A stretch of 64,000 nucleotides of DNA from Actinomycetota bacterium. GTDB taxonomy: Bacteria; Actinomycetota; Acidimicrobiia; Acidimicrobiales; JAMCPL01. Shown here piece by piece: positions 8,366-15,813 of the stretch. The translations under genes and the position numbers were made by a program. Under the pieces are notes generated by a model. The model searched no databases, was not told where the DNA came from, and was given only the letters and a program-made list of their open reading frames with translations. The stretch spans positions 8,033-72,032 of the forward strand of contig JAMCPL010000028.1 in NCBI GenBank assembly GCA_023379675.1, read 5' to 3'. Within the stretch, counting starts at the first letter, position 1. Every line of letters starts with the position of its first letter.

Positions 8366-9097
8366 ATGTTCGATAAGCCCGAGCCGGACGTAACCACGAT
8401 CGACGGTCTCGCACAGGAACTCAAAGCCCAGGCTCAGCTTCTGATTTCGGTTGCGACCGGTGGACCTCGTATCGAGTCCGTACGGGAGGACTATCAGCAG
8501 AGTCGCCGGAGACTGCTGCCCGCGCTCCAGCGACGGGGTGTTGAGTACCCTTTCCCCTGGCCGGACCTGTGGCAGTGGTATGAGTATTGGAGCACCAACC
8601 TGGAGAGCTATGCCTCCCGCCGGACGCACATCCAGCAGCTGATCACTCCGGCACTGGAAACGCTCGAACGCCAGCGCTCTGGTCTCTCAATCACGGACCC
8701 AGCGACCTGCAGGTTGCCAATGTGGGCTGGTCTTGATTCCAGGGTCGCCGGGCTCGCAACCGAGCTGTCCTGGGCCGCCACCCGGGACGACTTACAGGAT
8801 GTGGGTCGTCGTGCTCGGGAGGTGCTCATCGACTGCGCTCAGCTGCTGACCGACCCAGCTATCGTTCCGGTGGGCACTGAGCCACCAAAGGTCGGCGATG
8901 CGAAGTCCTGGCTCGACCTGTTCCTCGTCGCTCGTGCCGGTGGGTCAAGCAGAGTAGAGCTACGGCGTCTCGTTCGTGACGCATGGGATCTCGCACAGAA
9001 GGTCACACACGGAGATCCCGATAAGGTCGATGTCTTCGCAGCAGCCCAGGCAACCGTGCTCGTTGTACGAACTCTCCAGGAGTTGGCGCTGACCTAA
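8366..9097 (+). CDS. Hypothetical protein, possibly AbiJ-like
   Basis: 243-aa ORF starting 8 nt after the previous stop. The central ...YPFPWPDLWQWYEYWSTNLESYASRRTHIQQLITPALETLE is reminiscent of AbiJ-type N-terminal domains. Weak, memory-based. Confidence 0.5.
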   Translation: MFDKPEPDVTTIDGLAQELKAQAQLLISVATGGPRIESVREDYQQSRRRLLPALQRRGVEYPFPWPDLWQWYEYWSTNLESYASRRTHIQQLITPALETLERQRSGLSITDPATCRLPMWAGLDSRVAGLATELSWAATRDDLQDVGRRAREVLIDCAQLLTDPAIVPVGTEPPKVGDAKSWLDLFLVARAGGSSRVELRRLVRDAWDLAQKVTHGDPDKVDVFAAAQATVLVVRTLQELALT

Positions 9098-9196
9098 CCA
9101 AACCGGGGAATTCCATGACCATTGACAGATGCAAAGGCTAGCAGTTGGAAACCCTCTAAATCCTATATTAAGACACGTCAACTAGTCTGACAGAGA

Positions 9197-9233
9197 GGGT
9201 AATTGATATATATATATATATTCATTAATTACC
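9197..9233. repeat. (AT)8 microsatellite embedded in an imperfect palindrome
   Basis: The sequence is GGGTAATTGA-(TA)n-TCATTAATTACC. The (AT)8 run is 9206-9221, and the arms are near-complementary. Confidence 0.8.
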
Positions 9234-9240
9234 TGCCTTT

Positions 9241-9338
9241 CAGCATTGTTGCCTCCTTGTGTTATCTTGACACCAAGAGGGTACTACTTTCCTGGGAGGT
9301 GGGTCATTTTTAGTCCGCTGCTAACAAAGCCTATGACC
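9241..9338 (+). repeat. Copy 1 of a ~100-nt direct repeat (copy 2 at 12728-12850)
   Basis: CAGCATTGTTGCCTCCTTGTGTTATCTTGACACCAAGAGGGTACTACTTTCCTGGGAGGTGGGTCA...TTTAGTCCGCTGCTAACAAAGCCTATGACC aligns with 12728-12850. Copy 2 carries a ~26-nt insertion. Confidence 0.75.
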
Positions 9339-9965
9339 TTACAAAATCATACCGGGTTGCCCAGAGCCGACCAGGTCGTGGATCCCTTCCATGTGATCGC
9401 CCTGGCCAACCGCTGTCTCGATTCGGTGCGACGTCGGGTCAAGGCCGAGCACTTCGGACGCCGCCACAAGAGCAACGACCCACTCTATCGGGCACATAGG
9501 GTGCTCGTCATGGACGAAGAGACCCTCGACGCTGAGGCTACCGCCCGGCTGTGGTCGCTACTCGAGCTAGGAGACCCCAGAGGCGAGGTGGCCATTGCCT
9601 ACCGGGTGAAAGAGCGCCTTAGGGACTTCTACCGGACTCAAGACCCCGATCAGGCCCGCCAAGTGCTCGAAGAGCTCAAGACCCACTGCCTGAAGAAGGC
9701 CATGCCGCTCGAAGTACAGAGGCTCGGCCGGACCATCAGGGACTGGTTCGACAAGATATGCAACTATCACCTGGCCAGGGTGTCCAATGGCCCCACTGAG
9801 GCACTCAACAACCTGGTGAAGCGCATCAAGAGGATTGGATTCGGGTTCCGGAACTTCCAGAATTACCGGATACGAGCACTGCTCTATGCCGGCAAGCCGA
9901 ACTGGCGAGTCCTCGGATCAATCGTCGTCCGATGACGGGCACGCCCCGCCAGGATCCGAAGAGCC
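9339..9965 (+). mobile_element. ISL3-family insertion sequence remnant: 3' half of the transposase gene plus one terminal repeat
   Basis: This is the C-terminal ~195 aa of a DDE transposase (...DQVVDPFHVIALANRCLDSVRRRV...GPTEALNNLVKRIKRIGFGFRNFQNYRIRALLYAG, stop at 9935). No N-terminal half is present. 9940-9965 (CACGCCCCGCCAGGATCCGAAGAGCC) ends in GGCTCTTCG on the complementary strand, as I recall for ISL3-family terminal inverted repeats (unverified). Confidence 0.75.
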
Positions 9966-10705
9966 GGATACGTGCTGACCGTGTGCTTAATCATATGTGC
10001 CGCGGCGGTAAGGAGTTGATTTATGGTCGATACTAGTACGCTGTTTTGATATCGGATATGGCCGTGTGGGCCTATCAAGAAGTATACGTCTGGGTTGCCG
10101 CTTGGGTCGTAGGCTAGGCTGAGGGACTTGGAAGCCATGCCCCAGGTCCATTGCGCGCTTGACCACGCAGACCCGCCTTCGTTGGCTGCCCAAGCGGCAA
10201 GTTGGTTCCATCCATGCGAGGTTGGAGGGATGTCGCCATAGAGGTCGAGGCTGACCGCGTGGACACCGTCAGCCTCCAAGCTGGGCAGCGCCTTGGAGAT
10301 GGCTGGTCCGCTCGCGGCGCACGAGGAACAGCCCGCGACAAAGAACCACAGGAGTACCGGCTTGCCCCGGAGCGCCATGATGGTCATTTTCTTTCCGCGA
10401 AGGTTTGTTGCAGTTGCAGCGTTGGCATTTAGCGTGGTGAACGTGCCGTTGGGCGCGAGATTCGTCGCGGCATTTGTCGAATTTTCAGTAGGTTTCGAAG
10501 CACCCGAAGATGATATTGCACGTGCCGTCGGTTGCACGACGGGTGAGCCGGGGGTGCCAATGGTCGCGAGCCGTACAATGAACCCGGCGACTATTGCGAC
10601 GCTTAGCATACCGGCAAGCCATCGTCCGCGATGTTTCGGCCTTAGTGTATTACGCCGCGTTTCTTCGATTGGATCAGGCTGGTGGATTGGGTCGTCGGTG
10701 CTCAT
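9884..10705 (-). CDS. Membrane-anchored TlpA/ResA-like thioredoxin-fold protein (CxxC), 3' end replaced by IS sequence
   Basis: N-terminal TM anchor WLAGMLSVAIVAGFIVRLATI, then a Ser/Thr/Asn-rich linker, then a Trx fold with WFFVAGCSSCAASGP. The last ~27 codons read across the IS end at 9965 (...HTVSTYP|ALRILAGRA...). Confidence 0.7.
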   Translation of the reverse strand: MSTDDPIHQPDPIEETRRNTLRPKHRGRWLAGMLSVAIVAGFIVRLATIGTPGSPVVQPTARAISSSGASKPTENSTNAATNLAPNGTFTTLNANAATATNLRGKKMTIMALRGKPVLLWFFVAGCSSCAASGPAISKALPSLEADGVHAVSLDLYGDIPPTSHGWNQLAAWAANEGGSAWSSAQWTWGMASKSLSLAYDPSGNPDVYFLIGPHGHIRYQNSVLVSTINQLLTAAAHMIKHTVSTYPALRILAGRARHRTTIDPRTRQFGLPA

Positions 10706-11367
10706 CGTAACTGACTAGCAGCTTGTAGTAGTTGGGGCATGGTGGAGGCTGGCGAGCTATTTACGTAGGTGATCTTTCCCTTGGAGTTGATCAGGTAGTA
10801 GAGGTCGAGGTATGCCTTCGGGTTGTAGGTATGAGTGAATGTCGAAGATGCCTCGCCGAATGTCCAGTCTGGGTTCGAAAAGGCGCTACCGGCAAGGGTC
10901 TTGGCGAATGCATCCATCGGAGTGCCTGACTGGCCGAGGTCGGCATAGTTCTCGACCTCAACTACATGTACACCGTCTGCAGCAAGCGTGGCGATGTTCT
11001 GGGCCATCGACTGTGTGCCAGCCTCGCATGATGAGCACCATGTCGTCATGAACCAGATTAGCGTGGGTTTTCCCCGCAACCCGGTCTCAGTCTCGGTCTT
11101 GCCGGCAAGGGTGGTAAAGGTGCCATTCGGCGCGGTAGTGCCGATTGGGAGTGACACGCCAGACGTGTTCGACGGGCTACTCGCCGATGCAGAACCTGAG
11201 TTGCTACTTGCCACATGAAGAGCAACGACCAACGCGACGAGTGCGACGACCACCGTGACACTTCCTCTAGAGAGCAACCGGTTGCGCTTTTGGCGCTGTG
11301 CTTCGGCTCGGCGCCGGGCGGCGCCGGACAGATGTGGTGGTCGTTGGCGCGTTGATGCCTTGCTCAC
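10702..11367 (-). CDS. Membrane-anchored TlpA/ResA-like thioredoxin-fold protein (CxxC), paralogue
   Basis: 221 aa with a basic N-terminus and a TM anchor (VTVVVALVALVVALHVA). The Trx fold carries WFMTTWCSSCEAGTQ. It is paralogous to the downstream gene and overlaps it by 4 nt. Confidence 0.75.
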   Translation of the reverse strand: MSKASTRQRPPHLSGAARRRAEAQRQKRNRLLSRGSVTVVVALVALVVALHVASSNSGSASASSPSNTSGVSLPIGTTAPNGTFTTLAGKTETETGLRGKPTLIWFMTTWCSSCEAGTQSMAQNIATLAADGVHVVEVENYADLGQSGTPMDAFAKTLAGSAFSNPDWTFGEASSTFTHTYNPKAYLDLYYLINSKGKITYVNSSPASTMPQLLQAASQLR

Positions 11368-12080
11368 CGAAGGATTCCTTCTCTATGTTCGGATTCTTGG
11401 GTTAGGGATGTATTATTGCTCGGTCGCGGCGCGTCTACAAGTATCTCTCGCACCTCAGCAGGATTGGCATCACTGCAGCAGGTATCAGAGACTGTATCAG
11501 ACACCTCACTTGGTGTAGCTTCGACTGCGCAGCCGTCCTCGGTGAAGCACTGCGAGCGTGTCACCTTGCGTAGCCCCCACCAGCACATTAAGGAGAGGAG
11601 TATGAGGCTTGTTGCAAGGAATTCGGTCTGGTGGACGGCGAAGAAGTGCTGCAGGGTGCCCGTCGTCGTATACAGTCCCACTCCCGACATTCCGATAAAG
11701 GCAAGTAGAGAGGGAATAATTGGAGTGCAGCATAAAAAACTCGGGAGTAGTCCCGCGACGAACGCCAATCCTGTCGCCGTGCTGTTTGCAGCCCGGGTAT
11801 CTGCGATTCTTCGCATAGCATAAACTTGGATGCTCAAGACGAGACCCATCGCTAGACCCAGCACGATTGCCCAGACGAGTAGGTAGGCGTTCAAGTAGTT
11901 CCAGTTGGCAAACTCAAAGCGTTGGGTGTAGCTGAAGGGCAGGAGCAAGGTGTAAAAGAACGCGACGGCACCGGCTACAATCAAGAATCCAATGATGCGC
12001 CAGGGCGTACCCAGCACCTCGGCTAGAGCCCGTGGCACCCGCAGGCGGGTGAACTCATTCGTAGTCATCATGGGCACCAT
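11364..12080 (-). CDS. Polytopic membrane protein with intramembrane vicinal-Cys motif and C-terminal Cys cluster
   Basis: ATG 12080 (MVPMMTTNEF...) gives 239 aa and a 13-nt overlap with the upstream gene. The 299-aa track version starts inside that gene. There are several hydrophobic helices, the motif LLPSFLCCTPIIP, and a C-terminal CFTEDGC...DTCCSD. Confidence 0.65.
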   Translation of the reverse strand: MVPMMTTNEFTRLRVPRALAEVLGTPWRIIGFLIVAGAVAFFYTLLLPFSYTQRFEFANWNYLNAYLLVWAIVLGLAMGLVLSIQVYAMRRIADTRAANSTATGLAFVAGLLPSFLCCTPIIPSLLAFIGMSGVGLYTTTGTLQHFFAVHQTEFLATSLILLSLMCWWGLRKVTRSQCFTEDGCAVEATPSEVSDTVSDTCCSDANPAEVREILVDAPRPSNNTSLTQESEHREGILR

Positions 12081-12364
12081 ACCTTTTGTGCTGGTGCTGG
12101 TGCTGCTGGTGCTGGTGTGCAGCGCACAGCATGCCGTCGGTGCCGTAGGAAGAGCCCGAGAGCGATCGCCAGGAGGATGCCGCTGATGATCCCGCCGACT
12201 ATACTGAGCGTTGCCGCGCTCGCAGCCGCCAGGGCAGCGAAAATTAGCGGACCGCCACAACACAGGACAGGCAGGATAAGCAACAAGAGAGCCGCGCCCA
12301 GACCCTTCTTCTCAGCGGGGCCTGCGTGCGCAGGCTCAGCTCCCGTGTGCACGTTCGCCCGCAC
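12068..12364 (-). CDS. Small two-helix membrane protein with LPVLCCGGPLIF motif (MerT/MerF-like vicinal Cys)
   Basis: 98 aa, with two hydrophobic helices after a charged N-terminus. The CC lies in the first helix, as in MerT/MerF-type metal transporters (analogy only). Confidence 0.6.
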   Translation of the reverse strand: MRANVHTGAEPAHAGPAEKKGLGAALLLLILPVLCCGGPLIFAALAAASAATLSIVGGIISGILLAIALGLFLRHRRHAVRCTPAPAAPAPAQKVWCP

Positions 12365-12443
12365 GCGGGCTTGTATCAGATGGTGCCACGTTAGAAACGG
12401 TCATGCACTGCCTCCTTCTTGCCATTCCATCACGATGAGTTGA

Positions 12444-12794
12444 CTACCCTGCCCAGATGTAGAGTACCAACTTCACTTCTTCGTTCAGTTGATTGCAATC
12501 GTCATTATAAACATTCCACTTAGGTAGAAGGTCAAGAGATAAAGTGATGATTGTTATATAATTGCGATTAGTGAATGTTGGCGTAGTTGCACATACTTCA
12601 TATGATACATCCTGAGCAGATGGATCTTGACAGGATAGACGCTGGAAGTTGCAGACGGTATGGCAATATGAATGAGGATGAGGATGAAAGGCGACCACAA
12701 ACACCTCTCGTTTTCCAGTCCTGCATCCAGCATCGTTGTTTCCTTGTGTTTTACTGGTACCAAAAGGATACCACTCTTCTGGGAGGTGGGTCAC
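12444..12794 (-). CDS. Possible small Cys/His-rich protein in an AT-rich spacer
   Basis: 116 codons are open in a visibly AT-rich stretch where stops should be frequent. GTG start. Contains VAFHPHPHSYCHTVCNFQRLSC. Its first ~22 codons lie inside repeat copy 2. No homology recognised. Confidence 0.3.
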   Translation of the reverse strand: MTHLPEEWYPFGTSKTQGNNDAGCRTGKREVFVVAFHPHPHSYCHTVCNFQRLSCQDPSAQDVSYEVCATTPTFTNRNYITIITLSLDLLPKWNVYNDDCNQLNEEVKLVLYIWAG

Positions 12795-12850
12795 GCTCGT
12801 ATTACTACGGATAGATCATCTTTAGCCCGCTGCTGACTATAGCTATGCCG
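12728..12850 (+). repeat. Copy 2 of the ~100-nt direct repeat (copy 1 at 9241-9338)
   Basis: CAGCATCGTTGTTTCCTTGTGTTTTACTGGTACCAAAAGGATACCACTCTTCTGGGAGGTGGGTCA[26-nt insert]TTTAGCCCGCTGCTGACTATAGCTATGCCG. Confidence 0.75.
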
Positions 12851-12897
12851 CAGATGCCAGTATCGGCGAGGGCTGCAACCACGCTCCTTGCGGAGAC

Positions 12898-13008
12898 CCC
12901 GGCAACGATCTGCGATCCGATCAAAAATGATACACCGGGGAAGCAGCACCGACCAGCCGTCTAGTGGCACCCGGCAACGATCTGCGATCCGATCAAAAAT
13001 GATACACC
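12898..13008 (+). repeat. Two identical 39-bp direct repeats (12898-12936, 12970-13008) separated by 33 bp
   Basis: CCCGGCAACGATCTGCGATCCGATCAAAAATGATACACC occurs twice. Each copy carries three GATC tetranucleotides. The pair lies immediately upstream of the first J-domain gene. Confidence 0.85.
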
Positions 13009-13019
13009 CCAGTACTAAT

Positions 13020-13937
13020 ATGGATACCGTGGATACAGATACGTATTACGACTTGCTTGGCGTCACACCCGATGCCGGTACGGAAGAGATAAAGGCTGCC
13101 TATGACCAGCTCAGTATGAGAATACGCCCCGACAGCGGTGGAACCGATGCCCTCTTCAGCGAAGTGAAGAAAGCATACGACACGCTCTCCGATCCTGCAT
13201 TCAGGCACCAGTATGACGATTCTCTGTCAAACCAGACAGAGATATACGGTAATGATAATCAAGAATACAACGCTTCCGGATGGGTTAGGGTGGACGATAC
13301 GCCTGCCGGAAGCGATACGTCGGAACCGGGACACGATGGCGGCCATGCGAATTCCCCTCCACCTCACACGGAATACGATGGAGCTTACGGTTTCAATTTC
13401 AATGGGAACGATGAAAACCAAATGGACTTTCCTCCACCTCACACGGAATACGATGGAGCTTACGGTTTCAATTTCAATGGGAACGATGAAAACCAAATGG
13501 ACTTTCCTCCACCTCACACGGAATACGATGGAGCTTACGGTTTCAATTTCAATTTCGATTTCACTGGACACGATGGCGGCCATGCGAATTCCCCTCCACC
13601 TCATAGGGAACCTTGGCATACGCCCCAACCTTCAGGCCCACCTAGAGGCGACGCGTCAGAATTCCGGCACGATACAGAGGATCCTAGTCATACGCCCCCA
13701 CCTTCAGGCTCACCCCCAGGTCGCAACGGTTTTTCCTCCGGCGATACACCAAGCGGATACCCCAGACACGAGCAAAGCAGCCATACCAAAGTAATCGTAA
13801 TTTTACTCGCGGTGGTGTATATCGTGCTACTGAGTAATTCCCAGCCAGTACTTTTCGCTCTCCTAATGCTCTCGCTGCCAATAGTTGGATTTATAGCTAT
13901 ATTTATAAAATGGAGGAAAAAATGGATAGGAAAATAA
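13020..13937 (+). CDS. J-domain (DnaJ-like) protein with RPD instead of HPD, 25-aa tandem repeats and C-terminal membrane anchor
   Basis: ATG 13020 aligns with the paralogue's start; the track ORF starts at 12888 inside the 39-bp repeats. The J domain is YYDLLGVTPDAGTEEIKAAYDQLSMRIRPDSGG...VKKAYDTLSDPAFRHQYD. It is followed by 2.7 x PPPHTEYDGAYGFNFNGNDENQMDF, a Pro/His-rich segment, and C-terminal helices VIVILLAVVYIVLL and VLFALLMLSLPIVGFIAIFI. Confidence 0.75.
   Translation: MDTVDTDTYYDLLGVTPDAGTEEIKAAYDQLSMRIRPDSGGTDALFSEVKKAYDTLSDPAFRHQYDDSLSNQTEIYGNDNQEYNASGWVRVDDTPAGSDTSEPGHDGGHANSPPPHTEYDGAYGFNFNGNDENQMDFPPPHTEYDGAYGFNFNGNDENQMDFPPPHTEYDGAYGFNFNFDFTGHDGGHANSPPPHREPWHTPQPSGPPRGDASEFRHDTEDPSHTPPPSGSPPGRNGFSSGDTPSGYPRHEQSSHTKVIVILLAVVYIVLLSNSQPVLFALLMLSLPIVGFIAIFIKWRKKWIGK
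13356..13555 (+). repeat. 75-bp in-frame tandem repeat, ~2.7 copies
   Basis: Units at 13356-13430 and 13431-13505 are identical by eye. The third is partial. Confidence 0.85.
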
Positions 13938-14022
13938 TGCTGTTGGGTGTATGTGCCCTACATGCCTTTAACTTCAACCGCTGGAAGGATGTCGGCGCTC
14001 TGCGTACTTTGGATATCTACGC

Positions 14023-14808
14023 ATGTCCAGCCATAATATGGAGAGATCAGTGATGGGCGCTCTGGAAACGGCACCTGCCGGCCGGCCTGTCAAACGCAAA
14101 GGCGGAGCCCTTGCCAGTGCCGATGACAAAAAGATAGAATATGAAACGGCTGACAAGATCGGTTTTGAACGGCTTCCCGATGAGGTGGTGAAGGCGCTGC
14201 GGTCACGTCAATGCCTTCTTGGCGATGAAATCGCCATAAGCGTTGATGATCTTGTTACAAAGCGTCGTAAAGATGGTTCTCACTATCAGTTCATAGATGC
14301 TTGGTGGGCGAGTACCAGATATTGTACAATTATAGGTGTCACGCGGGAGCTTGCGGCGATGGGAGATGGACGGTTCAGGCCTAATGGTCCGTGGTCAGCT
14401 ACGGGAACCATCCATCTATTACCCGATGATCTGCAACTGGTTCGCTCTATATGGCAGCGCTCACTATCGCAGGATGCTGTAAGCGACGCGAGAAGGAAAA
14501 ATGATATCCAATATACGGACGAAGCTATCGATGTGCTTCCACCGGATGTGGCACTGCCCGTAAGAGGCGGAAAGTCTGACGCATGGCGGGTATATAGCAA
14601 GGTGTTCGCTCAAGAAACGATCGTAGCTATGAAAATGGTTGGCGATAGAGTAAGGATCCTTCGGGCGGTTAGGGAGGCCACCTCGAAGGACAAGCTCGAC
14701 AGTGCCAGCTGGACATTGGATACGCTAGATGCCCCTGTAGTCAGCTCAAGGCCGATATCTATCGGGAAAGGCTCCGGTTGCGCTACCATGAAACATCCGA
14801 GCGTGTAG
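14023..14808 (+). CDS. Hypothetical protein between the two J-domain genes
   Basis: 261-aa ORF on the same strand. Its stop lies 3 nt before the GTG of the next gene. No motif recognised. Confidence 0.55.
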   Translation: MSSHNMERSVMGALETAPAGRPVKRKGGALASADDKKIEYETADKIGFERLPDEVVKALRSRQCLLGDEIAISVDDLVTKRRKDGSHYQFIDAWWASTRYCTIIGVTRELAAMGDGRFRPNGPWSATGTIHLLPDDLQLVRSIWQRSLSQDAVSDARRKNDIQYTDEAIDVLPPDVALPVRGGKSDAWRVYSKVFAQETIVAMKMVGDRVRILRAVREATSKDKLDSASWTLDTLDAPVVSSRPISIGKGSGCATMKHPSV

Positions 14809-14810
14809 TT

Positions 14811-15686
14811 GTGGATACGCATACATATTATGAACTGCTTGGCGTCACACCCGATGCCGATGTAAGCGAGATCAAGACCGCATTTCGTCGGCTCACTATG
14901 AAGATACACCCCGACAGCGGTGGGACCAATGCCATCTTCCGCAAAGTAAAGCAGGCATACGATACACTTTCCGATCCTACACTCAGGCGCCAGTATGACG
15001 ACTATCTGTCAAACCAGACAGAGATGTACGCCAATGATAATCAAGAATCCAACGCTCCCGGATGGGTAAGGGTGGACGACACGCCTGGCGGAAACGAGGC
15101 GTCGAAACCGGGACACGATGGCGGTCATGCGAATTCCCCTCCACCTCGCACGGAATACGATGGAGCTTACAGTTTCAAGTTCACTGGACACGATGGTGGC
15201 CATGCGAATTCCCCTCCACCTCATGAGGATCCTGGTCATACGCCCCCACCTTCAGACCCACCTAGAGGCGACGCGTCAGGATGCCGACACGATACAGAAG
15301 ATCCTGGTCATACGCCCCCACCCCCAGGTCGCAACGGTTTTGCCCCTGGGTTGTACACCAGCTTGCATGCAGACAGTCTGGCTCAGCTTGTATTCGACAA
15401 AGATCCTTTCGTACGTTATATGGCTGCTATCGACAACCGTACTCCCACTCAATCTCTTGGCTATTTTTCGATAGATAAGGACCCCTTTGTACGTTATGCA
15501 GCCGCCACCAACCCCCATACTCCCACCGAGTCACTTGGCCTCCTTGCATGGGATCACTGGCCTTTTGTACGTTATGCAGCCGCCATCAACCCACATACCA
15601 GCTATGAAGATCTCAAAACGTTGCTCTCCGACAAGATACCCGCCATTCGCATGGCCGCCAACCATACCTTAAGCTTGCGCCACTAA
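14811..15686 (+). CDS. J-domain (DnaJ-like) protein with canonical HPD and C-terminal HEAT/LRV-like repeats
   Basis: GTG 14811 (VDTHTYYELLGV...) aligns with the paralogue. The J domain is ...FRRLTMKIHPDSGGTNAIFRKVKQAYDTLSDPTLRRQYD. The C-terminal repeats are DKDPFVRYMAAIDNRTPTQSL / DKDPFVRYAAATNPHTPTESL / DHWPFVRYAAAINPHTSYEDL / IPAIRMAANHTL. Confidence 0.75.
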   Translation: MDTHTYYELLGVTPDADVSEIKTAFRRLTMKIHPDSGGTNAIFRKVKQAYDTLSDPTLRRQYDDYLSNQTEMYANDNQESNAPGWVRVDDTPGGNEASKPGHDGGHANSPPPRTEYDGAYSFKFTGHDGGHANSPPPHEDPGHTPPPSDPPRGDASGCRHDTEDPGHTPPPPGRNGFAPGLYTSLHADSLAQLVFDKDPFVRYMAAIDNRTPTQSLGYFSIDKDPFVRYAAATNPHTPTESLGLLAWDHWPFVRYAAAINPHTSYEDLKTLLSDKIPAIRMAANHTLSLRH

Positions 15687-15813
15687 TCGAGCAACAGCCC
15701 AGCGCTGGCAACCTTCACATTAGCCCGAACTTACCTCCGAATACTCCCCTGATTTGATATCTGAGCAAGCATGAAGGACCGGTAAGGCAGGCCATGCTGC
15801 TATTATGTAGCAC

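Noticed and set aside
12898-13008. Possible mini-CRISPR array
   Set aside because: There are only two repeats, and I recognised no cas genes among the ORFs in the window. The repeats lie in a promoter-proximal position.
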